A stretch of DNA of 64,000 bases from an uncultured Acidimicrobiaceae bacterium (GCA_947258985.1 CAMYKI010000004.1:21498-85497); one strand, 5' to 3'; numbered from the stretch's first letter, positions 19,346 through 29,214 are shown. The notes: generated by a model not told the origin, from the letters alone. A program made the numbers and translations.

Positions 19346-19726
19346 ATGACTGAGTTCACGGTTCACATGGCAAACCGCCCCGGCCAACTTGCTGCCCTGG
19401 CCGACCGGCTATCCGACGCAGGAATCCACATCGAAGCGTTGGCCGCCTTTTCCCAGGGGACCGACTCCATGGTGCGTCTCATGGCGAATGACGTCGACGC
19501 CACGCGTCGCGTCCTCACCGACGCCGGCGTGCGATTCGAGGAACAGCGCGTCATCGAGACCATAATCAAGGACGCCCCCGACGCTCTGGCCACGATGACC
19601 CGTCGCCTTGCCGATTCCGGGGTGAACATCGAGGCCATGTATCTGCTCCACGCCAACGGCGATAGCCTGCACTTCGCCGTCGCCGTAGACGATCACGAGA
19701 CGGCCGCCCACCTCAGCAATTTCTAG
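19346..19726 (+). CDS. ACT-domain-containing protein (two tandem ACT folds)
   Basis: 126 aa of small-molecule-binding regulatory domain type. It is divergent from dnaE2 and shares the SOS-box region. Confidence 0.55.
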   Translation: MTEFTVHMANRPGQLAALADRLSDAGIHIEALAAFSQGTDSMVRLMANDVDATRRVLTDAGVRFEEQRVIETIIKDAPDALATMTRRLADSGVNIEAMYLLHANGDSLHFAVAVDDHETAAHLSNF

Positions 19727-19751
19727 TCGCTCCCCGACCTGCCTCCCGTCT

Positions 19752-19796
19752 TTGACGCGCCTTGCTTTTTTCCTATAGGTTCTCTAAACTTAGAGT
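19752..19796 (+). promoter_or_regulatory. Candidate promoter (TTGACG-N16-TATAGG) with a 14-bp palindromic operator CTCTAAACTTAGAG upstream of tetR
   Basis: The only AT-rich stretch in this part of the window. The palindrome CTCTAA-AC-TTAGAG starts 3 nt after the -10. A GGAG ribosome-binding site lies 5 nt before the tetR ATG. Confidence 0.35.
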
Positions 19797-19816
19797 GACT
19801 ATAACTTTGGAGATCG

Positions 19817-20458
19817 ATGACTGGCCTCAGGGAACGCAAGAAGAGAGAGGTTCGGTTGCGCATCATCCACGCTGCCGAGAGCCTCTTTGCATCAAACGGA
19901 ATCAGTGGCACCACGATGGAGGAAATTGCCGCCGCCTCCGAGGTGTCGGTTGCCACCGTCTACAACTACTTCGGCAACAAGAGGGCCCTCCTCCTCGCCG
20001 GAGTCGAACACGAGACCGACGAGATGGTCGCCGAGGGCAGGGCAGTCCTCGCCCGGCCCGGATCGAACCCCGCAAAGGCCGTACAACGTCTCCTCGATGC
20101 TTACGCCGAGAATCTCGCCGGCTGGGATCGAGATCTTCTCCGGGAAGTGCTCAGCGCCGCGTTCCAGAGAGTCGGCGGCGAGGAAATCACCGTGGAACTC
20201 GCGGCCATGGACCAACGCCTTATCGAGCAGTTGCTGGCCCTACTCACCGGCTTCCACTCGAGAGGCAAGCTTCACCCTGATGTCGACGTCTACGAGGCGG
20301 CTCTCGTGTTGTTCTCCGTCTTCACCCTTCAGCTCTTCATGTACATGAGCATCGAGGGCTACCCCGCCAAAGATCTACGCGACCAGATCGCCCGCCAGGT
20401 TGAACTGGCGTTCACCGGTTTGGCGTCACAACCGAGCACGAAAGCGAAAAGCAAATGA
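19817..20458 (+). CDS. TetR/AcrR-family transcriptional regulator
   Basis: The N-terminal HTH RERKKREVRLRIIHAAESLFASNGISGTTMEEIAAASEVSVATVYNYFGNKRAL is a textbook TetR fold. Confidence 0.8.
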   Translation: MTGLRERKKREVRLRIIHAAESLFASNGISGTTMEEIAAASEVSVATVYNYFGNKRALLLAGVEHETDEMVAEGRAVLARPGSNPAKAVQRLLDAYAENLAGWDRDLLREVLSAAFQRVGGEEITVELAAMDQRLIEQLLALLTGFHSRGKLHPDVDVYEAALVLFSVFTLQLFMYMSIEGYPAKDLRDQIARQVELAFTGLASQPSTKAKSK

Positions 20459-21159
20459 CCATCAAACTGACCGAGGTATGGAAGACATTCGGCGAAGGTC
20501 ACACCGCCGTTGATGCGTTGCGCGACATCGACCTAGACGGCCCCCAGGGAGAGTTCTCCGTGATCCTGGGGCCATCGGGATCCGGGAAGACCACACTCCT
20601 CAATCTGGTCGGAGCGATCGATGACGCCACGCGCGGCGATATCGAGGTAGCAGGTGTCAATCTGGCCGCCCTGAGCGTCGACGAGCAAGTCCGCTATCGC
20701 CGCGAGAACGTCGGGTTCGTGTTCCAATTCTTCAACCTGATCCCGACGCTCACCGCAGCCGAGAACGTGGAGTTGGTCGCCGACCTGACCAGCGACAACG
20801 GGGCGGACCGCGCCGCGTCGGTGCTAGAGCAGGTGGGCCTGGTTGACCGCATGCACCACTTCCCTGCCGAACTGTCGGGCGGGGAGCAACAACGTGTCGC
20901 CATCGCCAGAGCTCTGGTCAAACAACCACCGATTCTGTTGTGCGACGAGCCGACGGGAGAGCTGGACTTCGAGACGGGGCGCATGATCCTCGACCTGCTG
21001 CGACGGGTGAGCCGCGAGTCCGACCAGACGGTGCTACTCGTTACCCACAACGCCGCCATCGGCGCCATGTCCGACCGGGTCCTCCGGCTGCGGTCCGGCG
21101 AAATCGTCGAGGATACGCGTAACGCCGACCCGATCGATGCGAGCGCGCTGACATGGTGA
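20455..21159 (+). CDS. ABC transporter ATP-binding protein (MacB/LolD-like)
   Basis: Walker A GPSGSGKTT, Q-loop, signature LSGGEQQRVAIARAL and Walker B LLCDEPTGELD. It overlaps tetR by 4 nt. Confidence 0.85.
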   Translation: MTIKLTEVWKTFGEGHTAVDALRDIDLDGPQGEFSVILGPSGSGKTTLLNLVGAIDDATRGDIEVAGVNLAALSVDEQVRYRRENVGFVFQFFNLIPTLTAAENVELVADLTSDNGADRAASVLEQVGLVDRMHHFPAELSGGEQQRVAIARALVKQPPILLCDEPTGELDFETGRMILDLLRRVSRESDQTVLLVTHNAAIGAMSDRVLRLRSGEIVEDTRNADPIDASALTW

Positions 21160-23507
21160 AGCCGCTGCAACACAAGCTGTGGCGTGACGTCCGCAGGCAC
21201 CGTGCCCAGTTCATCGCGATCACCCTCACGATGTTCCTCGGGGTCACGATCTTCGGGGCAACCTACGACTCATTTCAGAACCTGACCGCCTCATACGAGA
21301 CAACCGCAACTGAATACCGGTTTGCCAGTCTCACCGTGGCCGGCGGCGATGTTGAGGCGTTTGCGCAGGCTGCCGCGATCGAACCGGGAGTCGAGTCGGC
21401 AGAATTGCGCACATCGACCGACATTCCATTCCGGGTTGATGGAACCAAGCTGCTGGGGCGTGCCATCGGACTGCCCGCGGACGACCAACCGGCCGTCAAC
21501 CAGGTCGAGGTTCTCACCGGAACCTATCTCGATCCGGCCTTTCCGGACGGGGTGCTGGTAGAGCAACACATGGCCGACCACTTCAGCCTGAGACCGGGGT
21601 CGACGATGGACGTCTTCGACGGCACGGTCTGGCGCACGACGACGGTCGTAGGAACCATCGCGTCGCCCGAGTACATCTGGACGGCACGCGATCGCCAGAA
21701 CATCATCACCACACCCGACAACTTCGGTGTCATATTCGCCGCAGAGCAGACAGTCCGCGAGCTGGCGGCGACCGGGCCAAACGAGGTGGTGAGCTACTAC
21801 GCGGCGGGTATCGAGAACGAAGAGTTGACTGCGTCGCTATCGGCCACAGCACGCTCGCTCGGTGCTACCAACGTCTATACCCGCGCCGAGCAGGCGTCGA
21901 ACGCCGCCCTCGAAGAGGACCTGGCCGGCTTCGAGGAGATGGCGATCTTCTTCCCGATCATGTTCCTGCTCGCTGCCGGGATGGCCGCCTATGTCATGAT
22001 CAGCCGCCTGGTCCACGCCCAACGCCCTCACATCGGGGTGCTGCTGGCCAACGGCTTCACTCGGCGCCAAGTACTTCGCCACTACCTCGGGTACGGGTTC
22101 ATCCCGGGGCTGATTGGATCCATACCTGGAGCGATTGCCGGCGTGTTGCTAGCCCGTCTCATCACACGGATGTACACGGAGTTGCTGGCGATCCCGGTGA
22201 CCATCGTGCAGTTCTACCCGGCGACTCTATTGGGTGCGGTTGCCTTCGGCCTCATGGCGAGCTTGCTGGCGGCCCTGGCCCCGGCGCTGGTCGCTTCCCG
22301 AGTACTCCCCGCTGCTGCGATGCGCGGGGAAAGCCCATCCGGCGGCGGGAGGCGAAGCATGCTCGAACGAATGCTTCCGCCGGTGCGCAAGCTGCCCGCC
22401 GCCTGGAAGATGGCGCTGCGCGGGGTCTGGCGCAACCCGCGACGCACTGTCTATACGGTGATCGGTGTGGTGTTGTCGCTGATGCTGGTATTGGTCTCGT
22501 GGGGAATGATCGACTCGATCCGCCACCTGATGGATCGCCAGTTCGTCCAGATCCAGCAAGAAGACGCCACTGTGTATTTCACGGAGCCGGCCGCGGCGGC
22601 CGACGTTGCCGACCTTGTGAAGGTCGATGGCGTGGCAAGAGCCGAACCGTCACTGACGCTGCCTACGTCGCTGGAGGCCAACGGCAATCACTATGACACG
22701 GCGCTATTGGTACTGGCCGACGGCTCGCAGCTGCATCGCCTCGATTCGATCGATGACGGGTGGATCGACCTACCGTCCGCGGGAGTCGTTCTCGGTAAGG
22801 CAACACGTGACCTGCTGGCGATCGAGATTGGAGACCCGATCACGCTCGCCGTTGGAGGCACGGCATTTGTGGAACCGGTCGCCGCTTTTGTAGATGAGCC
22901 ACTTGGGACCATGGCCTACATGGCTCGTAGCCGGGCTGAGTCGCTGAGCGGGGTGGAGTTGCCGGCAACGTCGGCCCTGATCGCCTACGACGAGGGCGTC
23001 GACCCGGCCGAGCTGCGCAATACGATCACCGAACTGCCTCAGGTGGCGGCGTTCGAGGACGCCAACGCCATCTATGACGTGATGCAGAGATACATGGTGC
23101 TCTTCTATGCGTTCGTCGGAATCATGCTCACCTTTGGCGGCGCTATGGCATTTGCCTTGATCTTCAACGCCATGAGCGTAAACATCGCCGAGCGGACGAG
23201 GGAGGTGGCGACTCTTCTGGCGGTCGGCACCGACCGAAGAGCGATCTCGCGATACATCACGGCGGAGAACATCATGGTCGCTGCTATCGGAATCCCGATC
23301 GGGTTGATCGTGGGCCACTATTCCGCGGCAACCGCGCTGGCCAGCTTCTCGAGCGACCTGTTTTCCTTCGACCTCTTCATTGAGCCCACCACATACCTGT
23401 GGGCGACGCTGGCAATCCTTGCGGTCGCTCTGATTTCGCAGATACCCGGCCTGCGCGCCATCCGCCGCATCAGCATCCCCCAAATCGTGAAGGAGCGCTC
23501 CGCCTGA
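21153..23507 (+). CDS. ABC transporter permease with two FtsX-like domains (MacB/DevC-type efflux permease)
   Basis: 784 aa, in two halves. Each half has a large periplasmic loop followed by a 4-TM FtsX-like bundle. It overlaps the ATPase gene by 7 nt. Confidence 0.75.
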   Translation: MVKPLQHKLWRDVRRHRAQFIAITLTMFLGVTIFGATYDSFQNLTASYETTATEYRFASLTVAGGDVEAFAQAAAIEPGVESAELRTSTDIPFRVDGTKLLGRAIGLPADDQPAVNQVEVLTGTYLDPAFPDGVLVEQHMADHFSLRPGSTMDVFDGTVWRTTTVVGTIASPEYIWTARDRQNIITTPDNFGVIFAAEQTVRELAATGPNEVVSYYAAGIENEELTASLSATARSLGATNVYTRAEQASNAALEEDLAGFEEMAIFFPIMFLLAAGMAAYVMISRLVHAQRPHIGVLLANGFTRRQVLRHYLGYGFIPGLIGSIPGAIAGVLLARLITRMYTELLAIPVTIVQFYPATLLGAVAFGLMASLLAALAPALVASRVLPAAAMRGESPSGGGRRSMLERMLPPVRKLPAAWKMALRGVWRNPRRTVYTVIGVVLSLMLVLVSWGMIDSIRHLMDRQFVQIQQEDATVYFTEPAAAADVADLVKVDGVARAEPSLTLPTSLEANGNHYDTALLVLADGSQLHRLDSIDDGWIDLPSAGVVLGKATRDLLAIEIGDPITLAVGGTAFVEPVAAFVDEPLGTMAYMARSRAESLSGVELPATSALIAYDEGVDPAELRNTITELPQVAAFEDANAIYDVMQRYMVLFYAFVGIMLTFGGAMAFALIFNAMSVNIAERTREVATLLAVGTDRRAISRYITAENIMVAAIGIPIGLIVGHYSAATALASFSSDLFSFDLFIEPTTYLWATLAILAVALISQIPGLRAIRRISIPQIVKERSA

Positions 23508-23603
23508 TACTGCCAACCCAGGGTTCGTAGACACCACTGTGCATACTGCCAACCCAGGGTTCGTAGACACCACTGTGCATACTGCCAACCCAGGGTTCGT
23601 AGA
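23508..23603. repeat. 36-bp tandem direct repeat x 2.7 that fills a convergent intergenic region
   Basis: The unit tactgccaacccagggttcgtagacaccactgtgca occurs at 23508-23543 and 23544-23579, with a partial third copy at 23580-23603. The copies are identical. It begins immediately after the permease stop codon. Each copy carries the palindromic core AACCCAGGGTTC. Confidence 0.85.
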
Positions 23604-23616
23604 GCCGACGTGTCGC

Positions 23617-24585
23617 TCAGACGGCGTCGACGGCGCTCACCGCCCAGGCCAGGCCGTCTATGGGGTCCTCGACCGCAAGGTGTAACGCCCATCCCCCGAT
23701 CTGATCGCCCGGATCCCACAGCCGCCACTTCAGGTCTGCCGCCTCCTCGCCGAGGTCCGCGGCGTCGGAGATGTCGTCGATCCCCAGCACGGCGGCAACG
23801 GCCCACCAAGCGAGCATCCGGCCGACGGGACCCCCCCGCCGCCTCCCGTAAGCTCCGCCGGATGCTCCGGCCCAGGCCATGGCTGCGATAGCGGTAGGCA
23901 AATCGACTTCTGCAGCGCGCACCCGATGCGGACCGAGCGTGCGTATGGCTTCGACCGCCGACCCTTCGACCGCCACGCAATCCACCCTTCCGTTCGACTG
24001 CTCAGTCCACGGCTGCACCAGGCCGGTGAGGGCCTCAACGGCGTCGTCTTCGCGAAGTCGTTCCCGCGGCTCACCCAGTGAGATCCAATCGAGATTCGGC
24101 AAGTCGCGTTCGGGAAAGTCGGCTCGATCCGACTTGTAGGCCGCAACTGCGTAGCGCGGCTCCCATAGCTGCAACTCGATCGGCACCTCGAGAACATGCG
24201 CATCAACCGAACCAGGGGGAACCTGGTCCCCGCGCAGAACTCGTTCATGGCCGGCCAGGGTCCGCAACCGTTCGTCGGCTATCTGCCCTGATAGTTCATC
24301 CCAGGAGTGTGTCGAAGCGGCGACCTCCCAGAGTGGCCCGAGCGCAAACCGTCCCGCCCCTTCCTTGACGACCCGTCCGGCATAGGGTGCCGGCGCATCA
24401 AGCGCCAATCGATACTCGGCAAACTGGGCGACGCCCCAGAGCTGTTTGCCCCTGGTGACCGCCTCCAGGCACCGGTCCCGCAGCTCAACAAGATCGTCCC
24501 ACTCGCGGGCACTACAGATACCGTCGATACGACGGATCAAGCCGTCGGTGTCGCTACTTTCGATCAGCGTCGGTACGTCGGTCAT
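23617..24585 (-). CDS. Conserved hypothetical protein (acidic, Trp-rich; no recognised domain)
   Basis: 322 aa with coding-type GC3 bias. It is divergent from ychF, and I assign no family from sequence alone. Confidence 0.5.
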   Translation of the reverse strand: MTDVPTLIESSDTDGLIRRIDGICSAREWDDLVELRDRCLEAVTRGKQLWGVAQFAEYRLALDAPAPYAGRVVKEGAGRFALGPLWEVAASTHSWDELSGQIADERLRTLAGHERVLRGDQVPPGSVDAHVLEVPIELQLWEPRYAVAAYKSDRADFPERDLPNLDWISLGEPRERLREDDAVEALTGLVQPWTEQSNGRVDCVAVEGSAVEAIRTLGPHRVRAAEVDLPTAIAAMAWAGASGGAYGRRRGGPVGRMLAWWAVAAVLGIDDISDAADLGEEAADLKWRLWDPGDQIGGWALHLAVEDPIDGLAWAVSAVDAV

Positions 24586-24661
24586 GGAATTCCCGGTGTG
24601 TCAGCCAGAACGAGCGTAACAACATCTATGCTCTGCAGTTCGGCTACCCCGGAGACCGGAC

Positions 24662-25753
24662 ATGGCGCTGCAGTGCGGCATCGTTGGCCTGCCCAACGTT
24701 GGAAAATCGACTCTCTTCAACGCGCTAACCCGAGCCAAGATCGCCGCGGAGAACTACCCATTCAGCACGATCACTCCCAATGTTGGCGTTGTTCCCGTGC
24801 CCGATCTGCGTCTGCGGAAGATCGCCGACATAGTCCAACCTCCAGAGATCGTGCCGGCGACTATGGAGTTCGTCGACATCGCAGGGCTCGTGGCCGGTGC
24901 CTCCCGCGGGGAGGGCCTCGGCAATCAGTTCCTCAACCACATCCGTGATACCGACGCCATCGTCCACATCGTCAGATGTTTTGAAGATCCCGACATCGCC
25001 CATGTCACCGGGAAGATCGATCCCATCGCCGACATCGATACGATCAACCTCGAGCTGGCGCTGGCCGACGAAGAGGCGGTCGATCGGGCGATCGAGAGAA
25101 CGGAACGCAAAGGCAAGGCGGGCGACAAGGGCGCGGCTCAATTGCTCGCGACGTTGACCAAGGTGAGGGACCACCTCGACGAGGGACTACCGGTTCGCAC
25201 CCTGTCTATGAGTCCCGACGAGCTGAGATCCATACGCGAGTACCAGCTCATCACGCTCAAACCCGTCATGTACGTGGCCAATATCGAGGAGGCCTCGGAC
25301 CACGACAACGAGTTTGTCCAGAAGGTGCAGCAGCTTGGGGCTGAGGAGAATGCAGACGTTGTGGTCATCTGCGCCGAGATCGAGGCTGAGATCTCACAGC
25401 TGGACGACAGCGACCGGGCGGAGTTCCTGGCCGACATCGGCGAGACCGAACCGGGCCTGAACCGCGTCATCCGCGCCGCGTACCATCTGCTCGATCTGGG
25501 AACGTACTTTACGTCGGGCGACAAGCAGGCACGCGCCTGGACTTTCCGCCATGGGATGACCGCTCCTCAGGTAGCGGGCAAGATTCACACCGATTTCGAG
25601 AAGGGCTTTATCCGGGCCGAGGTGATCGCCTACGACGACTTCGTCGAGCACAACGGTGAGCTCGGCGCCAAGGATGCAGGCAAGTGGCGCCTCGAAGGCA
25701 AGGATTACCTCGTCCAAGAAGGCGACGTCATCCTCTTCCGTTTCAACGTGTAG
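24662..25753 (+). CDS. ychF: Redox-regulated ribosome-binding ATPase YchF (Obg-family GTPase fold, Ola1)
   Basis: 363 aa with the G1 motif GIVGLPNVGKSTLFNALT. The C-terminal TGS domain ends DYLVQEGDVILFRFNV. Confidence 0.9.
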   Translation: MALQCGIVGLPNVGKSTLFNALTRAKIAAENYPFSTITPNVGVVPVPDLRLRKIADIVQPPEIVPATMEFVDIAGLVAGASRGEGLGNQFLNHIRDTDAIVHIVRCFEDPDIAHVTGKIDPIADIDTINLELALADEEAVDRAIERTERKGKAGDKGAAQLLATLTKVRDHLDEGLPVRTLSMSPDELRSIREYQLITLKPVMYVANIEEASDHDNEFVQKVQQLGAEENADVVVICAEIEAEISQLDDSDRAEFLADIGETEPGLNRVIRAAYHLLDLGTYFTSGDKQARAWTFRHGMTAPQVAGKIHTDFEKGFIRAEVIAYDDFVEHNGELGAKDAGKWRLEGKDYLVQEGDVILFRFNV

Positions 25754-25789
25754 CCGCGTAGACCGGCGCAGAATCGCACGGGGAGTCTG

Positions 25790-25838
25790 GAACCCAGGGC
25801 TCCCAGCACTCAATATGGTGGTTGGGAACCCTGGGTTC
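25790..25838. repeat. Inverted repeat GAACCCAGGGcTCCC ... GGGAaCCCTGGGTTC (14/15 bp arms, about 19-nt loop) downstream of ychF
   Basis: It lies 37 nt after the ychF stop. It shares the AACCCAGGGTTC core with the 23508 tandem repeats. It may be a terminator hairpin, a protein-binding site or a REP-like element. Confidence 0.5.
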
Positions 25839-25975
25839 GGTAGCTCAATCGACCTCCGGGCGGTTTCTCCGTTCCTGCGTATCGTGCTTCGGTGTTTCGG
25901 AGTGGTAAAAGCCGAAAGGGAGGGTGGCGGGTTTTCGGCTGGCGCCGCGGCAGTGGGTTGTGCGATCCTGACCCA

Positions 25976-27646
25976 GTGGCGCACTACGACGTAATCATCA
26001 TCGGTTCGGGTTTCGGGGGCAGCGTCTCTGCTCTTCGCCTGACCGAGAAGGGTTACAAGGTGGCCGTCATCGAAGCCGGCCTCCGGTTCTCGAGCTCCGA
26101 CTTTGCCAAGCGCAATTGGAACCTACGCCGCTTCCTGTGGTTTCCCCGGCTCGGGATGCGCGGAATCCAGCGTCTCACCCTTTTGCGCGACGTGCTCGTC
26201 CTCAGCGGCGCCGGCGTCGGCGGCGGGTCCCTGGTCTACGCCAACACGCACTACGAACCGCACGACGCCTTCTACACAGACCAGCAGTGGGGCGACATCA
26301 CCGATTGGAAGACCGAACTCGCTCCCTTCTACGACCAGGCGCGCCGGATGCTTGGTACCGTCGAGCAACCGGTCACCACCCCGTCGGACGAAGTCATAAT
26401 CAAGGTGGCCGAGCACTTCGGCGTGTCCGACACCTACCGACCGACACCCGTCGGCGTGTACTTCGGGGAGAGTGGAGCCACCTCCCCGGATCCTTTCTTC
26501 GGCGGTGCAGGTCCGACTCGAACCGGGTGCATCGGCTGCGGCGGATGTATGGTCGGATGCCGGCACAACGCCAAGAACTCGCTCGACATGAACTACCTCT
26601 ACCTCGCCGAGAAGGCCGGCGCGACGGTCATCCCCGACACGAAAGTTGTCGATGTCGCCCCGTCCGCGGAGGGATACACAATCGCCACACTCCGTCCCGG
26701 TGCCTGGGTGAGGAAGAACCACAGCACCTTCAGCGCCGACCAGGTCATCTTTGCCGCCGGAGCGCTTGGCACAACCCGGCTGCTCCTCCGCATGCGTGCC
26801 TCGGGCTCCCTCCCCCACCTCTCACCCCGCCTCGGCCACACCACTCGAACCAACTCCGAGGCGATACTCGGGGCAACCGCCTCCAGCACCGATGTCGACT
26901 ACTCAGAGGGAGTAGCCATTACCTCCTCGATCCATCCCGAACCGCAAACCCACATTGAGCCGGTTCGCTACCCGCGCGGCAGCAACGCCATGGGGCTGCT
27001 CGCAACAATCCTCGTCGACGGCGGTGGCGCCCTTCCCCGCCAGGCCCGATTCCTCGGCCAGGTACTCAGACATCCGGTCCGATTTGCGAAGACCATATCG
27101 GTACGCCGGTGGGCAGAGCGCTCGGTGATCTTGCTCGTGATGCAGAGCCTCGACAATCGGATCCGCGTTTCGCTGAAGAAGGGCCTCTTCGGCACCAGAC
27201 TCACTTCCACACAGGACTCCGCCGACCCGAACCCCACCTACATCCCCGTCGCCAACGAGGCGGCACGAGTCGTCGCCGATACCATCGGTGGCCAGCCTTC
27301 GAGCGCTCTGAATGAAGTCCTGCTCGACACTCCGACCACAGCCCACATCATCGGGGGGGCCTGCATCGGGGCTACCCGAAAGACCGGCGTGGTCGATCCC
27401 TATCACCGGGTATTCGGATACGAAGGTTTGCATGTTGCCGACGGCTCGGCGGTACCGGGCAACCTCGGGGTAAACCCGGCCCTGACTATCACAGCGATGA
27501 CCGAACGAGCAATGGCGCACTGGCCGAATCGGGGCGAGCAAGACTGCAGGCCCCTACTCGGTGCTTCGTATTCGCCATGCGACACCACAGCTCCGGCCAA
27601 CCCGGTGGTCTCCGCGGATGCACCCGGAGCCTTGCGGATCCACTGA
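25976..27646 (+). CDS. GMC-family FAD-dependent oxidoreductase (cholesterol-oxidase / ChoD-like)
   Basis: A GTG start gives VAHYDVIIIGSGFGGSVSALRLTEKGYKVAVIEAG, a Rossmann FAD motif like that of ChoD. A C-terminal GMC_oxred_C-type region is present, with the histidine that in GMC enzymes is catalytic located in HIIGGACIG. Confidence 0.7.
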   Translation: MAHYDVIIIGSGFGGSVSALRLTEKGYKVAVIEAGLRFSSSDFAKRNWNLRRFLWFPRLGMRGIQRLTLLRDVLVLSGAGVGGGSLVYANTHYEPHDAFYTDQQWGDITDWKTELAPFYDQARRMLGTVEQPVTTPSDEVIIKVAEHFGVSDTYRPTPVGVYFGESGATSPDPFFGGAGPTRTGCIGCGGCMVGCRHNAKNSLDMNYLYLAEKAGATVIPDTKVVDVAPSAEGYTIATLRPGAWVRKNHSTFSADQVIFAAGALGTTRLLLRMRASGSLPHLSPRLGHTTRTNSEAILGATASSTDVDYSEGVAITSSIHPEPQTHIEPVRYPRGSNAMGLLATILVDGGGALPRQARFLGQVLRHPVRFAKTISVRRWAERSVILLVMQSLDNRIRVSLKKGLFGTRLTSTQDSADPNPTYIPVANEAARVVADTIGGQPSSALNEVLLDTPTTAHIIGGACIGATRKTGVVDPYHRVFGYEGLHVADGSAVPGNLGVNPALTITAMTERAMAHWPNRGEQDCRPLLGASYSPCDTTAPANPVVSADAPGALRIH

Positions 27647-27706
27647 GAACGACCGAAAGCCGCGTCGGTGTCGAATAGAATACGGGTGTAGTTCGTAGTA
27701 GGTGAG

Positions 27707-28477
27707 ATGTCAGGCATTCACGTTGCCAAAAGACCGCTAACCGCGCTGACGGTGCTTGCCGCCCAGGTTGCGTGGGCTGGCTTCCGCAGGGACCTCCCCA
27801 CCTTGAGCAACCAAGAGACATCTGGTGTCTTTGGCGATCCCAGCAATCCCCGTCTCCGGATCGTCATGCTCGGCGACAGCACGGTTACGTCGCCGGGAGT
27901 TGATCCGCTGAATGCAGCATGGCCCCGCCGGTTGGCAATCGGCCTCAGCGGATCGCGATTCATCGAAATGCACTCGGTTGCTGTCGGAGGATCGAAGGCG
28001 AAGGATGTTCTTGCCGACCAGCTACACCGGGCAATCAACCTCGAACCTGACATCTGCATCCTGTCTGTCGGAGGCAACGATGCCCTGCGCGGGACCCCGC
28101 TTGTCCAATTCGAACGTGACTTCAGCGCAATCCTCTCGCTGTTGACCACCCACGTCCGCCACATTGCGGTGTCCGGCGTTGGGGACCTCGGTTCGATACC
28201 ACGCCTCCCCGCTCTGGCACGGACGATCGCCCGGGTGCGGGCCCGCTCGTTCGACCGGGCCATCCGACGCTCCGTCGACCCGTTCCGGGAGGTGGTCAAG
28301 ACAGACACCTGGTCGCCGGGGTGGAACGAATTCAACACGAACCCCGATGCGATCTTTGGCGCAGATCAGTTCCACGCATCCGCTTACGGCCACAGAATCT
28401 ATGCCGCGGCGATGATGCCCGCGGTAGAGACGCTGATAGGTCGTTTGGAGGCCGAGACCGAGAGCGGTCTGGGCTAG
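27707..28477 (+). CDS. SGNH/GDSL-family hydrolase, probably secreted
   Basis: Block I GDSTV, block III GGND and block V DQFH are present, with an N-terminal hydrophobic signal-like segment. Confidence 0.65.
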   Translation: MSGIHVAKRPLTALTVLAAQVAWAGFRRDLPTLSNQETSGVFGDPSNPRLRIVMLGDSTVTSPGVDPLNAAWPRRLAIGLSGSRFIEMHSVAVGGSKAKDVLADQLHRAINLEPDICILSVGGNDALRGTPLVQFERDFSAILSLLTTHVRHIAVSGVGDLGSIPRLPALARTIARVRARSFDRAIRRSVDPFREVVKTDTWSPGWNEFNTNPDAIFGADQFHASAYGHRIYAAAMMPAVETLIGRLEAETESGLG

Positions 28478-29139
28478 AGGGATCGCTTGCGGGCTCCCGA
28501 GAGAACGTCACGGATCATCAGCGTGATCGTTCCGACGGCACCGGCGTTGTATCCACCGGGAACGATGATGTCGGCGTAACGTTTGGACGGCTCGACGAAC
28601 TGAAGGTGCATCGGGCGCACCGTCTCTTCATACTGGCGCATGACAGAGTCGAGGGTCCGCTCCCTCTCGACGATATCGCGACGCAACCGGCGCATGAACC
28701 GCAGGTCCGCATCTGCATCAACGTAGATACGCAGATCCATCACTTCGCGTAGCTCGGGTTCGCTCAGCACCAGAATGCCTTCGATGACGACAACCGGATC
28801 CGGCCTCACCAAAACGGTCTCATCGGTGCGGAGATGGTTGGCAAAATCGTAGACCGGCCGCCGGATCTCACGGCCCGCCCGCAGCTCCTCGATATGGTGA
28901 ATCAGCAACTCGGTCTCGAGAGAGTCCGGGTGGTCGTAATTCACCTTGGATCGCTCCTCGAACGCCAGGTGAGGAAGATCGCGGTAGTACGAGTCATGTT
29001 GGATCAGAGAGACGGTGTTGACCCCAACGGCGGTGACGACCGATTCCGCCATCGTTGTCTTTCCCGATCCGGAACCACCGGCAACGCCGATGATCACCGG
29101 CCGGTCTTCGCCACCGGTTGGCCAATCCGAATGCGCCAT
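28474..29139 (-). CDS. udk: Uridine kinase
   Basis: P-loop VIIGVAGGSGSGKTT followed by the Udk core (DSYYRD, LIEGIL). The start is taken at MAHSDW; the listed ORF extends 23 aa further upstream. Confidence 0.75.
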   Translation of the reverse strand: MAHSDWPTGGEDRPVIIGVAGGSGSGKTTMAESVVTAVGVNTVSLIQHDSYYRDLPHLAFEERSKVNYDHPDSLETELLIHHIEELRAGREIRRPVYDFANHLRTDETVLVRPDPVVVIEGILVLSEPELREVMDLRIYVDADADLRFMRRLRRDIVERERTLDSVMRQYEETVRPMHLQFVEPSKRYADIIVPGGYNAGAVGTITLMIRDVLSGARKRSL

Positions 29140-29214
29140 CACCGGTGCGTTTTGCTGGGGATCGTTGCCGGTGCTCACAGGCCGAGCATAGCGGTCGGGG
29201 CAAAACACCCAGGG

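Noticed and set aside
23508-23603. A 36-bp repeat unit reminiscent of a CRISPR repeat
   Set aside because: The copies are directly tandem with no spacers. There are only 2.7 copies and no cas genes anywhere in the window. I call it a tandem repeat, not CRISPR.
25820-25900. A tRNA-like string (GGTTCGGTAGCTCAATCG) downstream of ychF
   Set aside because: There is no acceptor-stem pairing, no GGTAGAGC D-loop continuation, no T-loop GTTCGAATC and no anticodon stem. It is part of the inverted repeat instead.
27647-27706. Short intergenic stretches (e.g. 1374-1473, 7694-7755) checked for small RNAs or tRNAs
   Set aside because: I recognised no conserved structure or motif. The only weak hairpin is aGGCGCcgggcatccgaaaGCGCCt after serC.
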